Below the pieces are notes generated by a model. That model had not been told where the DNA came from. It made no database searches and saw only the letters and a list, made by a program, of their open reading frames with translations. From the NCBI GenBank assembly GCA_002269645.1, contig NIVC01002859.1, forward strand, positions 62,001 to 126,000: 64,000 nt of DNA, in the 5' to 3' direction. The translations under genes were made by a program, and so were the position numbers. Source of the stretch: Macrostomum lignano (Eukaryota). Below, piece after piece: positions 62,566 to 64,000 of the stretch. The first letter of the stretch is position 1. Every line of letters starts with the position of its first letter.

Positions 62566-63480
62566 AGAGACTTTTTGGCTCACTATCGGTGTCGTGAGAC
62601 GCTAGCTGTCCGGATTGCAGCATGGCATACATGATTTTAGCATTGGCAGAAATCCATTGGCCGACTGTCACAGAGTCTACAGATTTTGGTCTACCGCTCT
62701 TGAGATTCTGCTTAGCTGTCTCACCCTGCGCAAGAAGCTCGTCAACCTGGCCAGGGGCATCAATGAAGTCGCAAATACGGAGCAGCCGCCCGGATGTAAC
62801 TCTAGCGTTGCTGGGAGCAAAAATAGCAGCATCAAGTTCACCATCATTGGACCACCTATCAGACTCAGCGCAAGCAGACTGGCTCAAAAATTCTGGTAGC
62901 TTACCGCGATTATCTGGTGCCTTATCCACCGACCGTCGCAGCTCCGCCTCTTCTTTCTGCAGCCTTAGCAGTTCAATGCGCCGTCGGGTGAGCTCGATCT
63001 CCTCATCCAGAGCCGCGCCACCCAAAGAGGTGCCACCCCCTTGGACCGCCGGCTGCTCCCTCCATCGGACGAGCCGTCAGAATCCCTCGGTGGCTCCCTG
63101 TGGGAAGTCCTGTTCGCGGCGTCAGCAGCTAGACGCTCGTTGAGAATCGCGTCGCACAGACGAGTACGTAGGGCAGCCTTGCTACCTTTTGCTGGCAATT
63201 TGCGCGCTTGCAATGCCGTCTTTAGTTGAGGCACGCTCAGATCGGTGACTGATTGCAGCTGACTAGAGGTGGCCATATTGATTGTGGCTAAGAAAAAAAA
63301 TCTGAGCAAACACGAACGCACGGCGAACAAGCGGAGGACCGGACTAAATATGAAATCAAGCTAGCACCCCGCGACCCCCGCCCCCCGCAGCACACGCCAC
63401 CCCGCATGCACCCGCCCCAGCCAAGCGAGCCCCTCCCCCGCAGTTTAAACGCCCTTACCACCAACACAGTGGCAAGGGTA
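62566..63480 (-). mobile_element. SAP-domain gag-like ORF, copy 2 (1-nt frameshift)
   Basis: Split into ORFs 62965-63330 and 62339-63025 by the homopolymer indel. Confidence 0.55.
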
Positions 63481-63483
63481 ACA

Positions 63484-64000
63484 TTACATTGCATTGCTGA
63501 TTTGGTCTCGAAGTTGATGGCCTCTCCTTTGTCTTTGCTGTTCCCGTTGATTGGCGTTGTAATTAACTAGTTCTGGCTCCGGATCATCCCATTCTGCTGC
63601 GAGATGCTCAGGAAGATCATCATGAGGATCGTTCTGGGTGCGAGCGAAATTGTGTAGCTTACAACAGGTCACAATTAATGTTGGTACACGGTCTAGTGGT
63701 ACGCGTAGGATGCAACCAACGCAGTTGAAACGGCGCTTTAAAATTCCGAATATCTGCTCGATTCGAACTCTCGTTCGGCTGAGTTCGCGATTGAATATTC
63801 TCTGCCGGCCATCTGGGTTTTGATATGGAGTGAGTAGAAAATCGCAGAGTCGGTATCAAGAATCTCCGACAAGATAGCCCTCCCATTGGGCGTCTAGAAG
63901 CGATCCAAAAAGAAAACTGTTGCGAAATATTCTCGAGTCATGGACTGAACCAGGCCATTGAGCAGTTATTTCGAGAAAGAAGTATCTCGCATCGCAGACT
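63484..64000 (-). mobile_element. Harbinger transposase 3' half, copy 2
   Basis: Identical to 57854-58370, including the TGA (63856-63858). Confidence 0.88.

Larger units (their letters stand above)
59213..64000. repeat. Tandem duplication unit, copy 2 (cut by the window edge)
   Basis: Matches copy 1 except one C lost in a homopolymer near 63036-63040. Confidence 0.97.

Overview
Eukaryotic (metazoan) genomic DNA with spliceosomal GT-AG introns; no prokaryotic features. GC-rich codons and a different minisatellite in almost every intron are reminiscent of Macrostomum-type flatworm genomes (inference, not verified). Four protein-coding genes can be assembled with phase-consistent splice sites. 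(1) An insulin/IGF receptor on the minus strand (7 coding exons, 10917 down to 1114; the 3' part was not found in the window). (2) eEF1-beta (23420-34322, 3 exons, 213 aa). (3) A Rab24-like GTPase (35188-36050, with a 1-nt frame problem at its repeat-expanded acceptor). (4) A KIAA0513/SBF2-domain gene with an 896-aa low-complexity, Gln-rich first exon (41748-47190, 7 exons, about 1097 aa). Positions 13.6-22.7 kb and 27.5-32.6 kb are AT-rich, strongly CpG-depleted blocks of decayed transposons (Merlin relics, a foldback element). From 50.6 kb onward is a CpG-rich mosaic of short fragments from at least six transposon superfamilies (Harbinger, Helitron, Ngaro/DIRS, Crypton, Gypsy, piggyBac). A 5631-bp block of this mosaic (53582-59212) is repeated head-to-tail almost identically (59213-64000). 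Most long ORFs in the supplied track are artefacts of tandem repeats. All domain assignments rest on motif recognition from memory, not on database searches.
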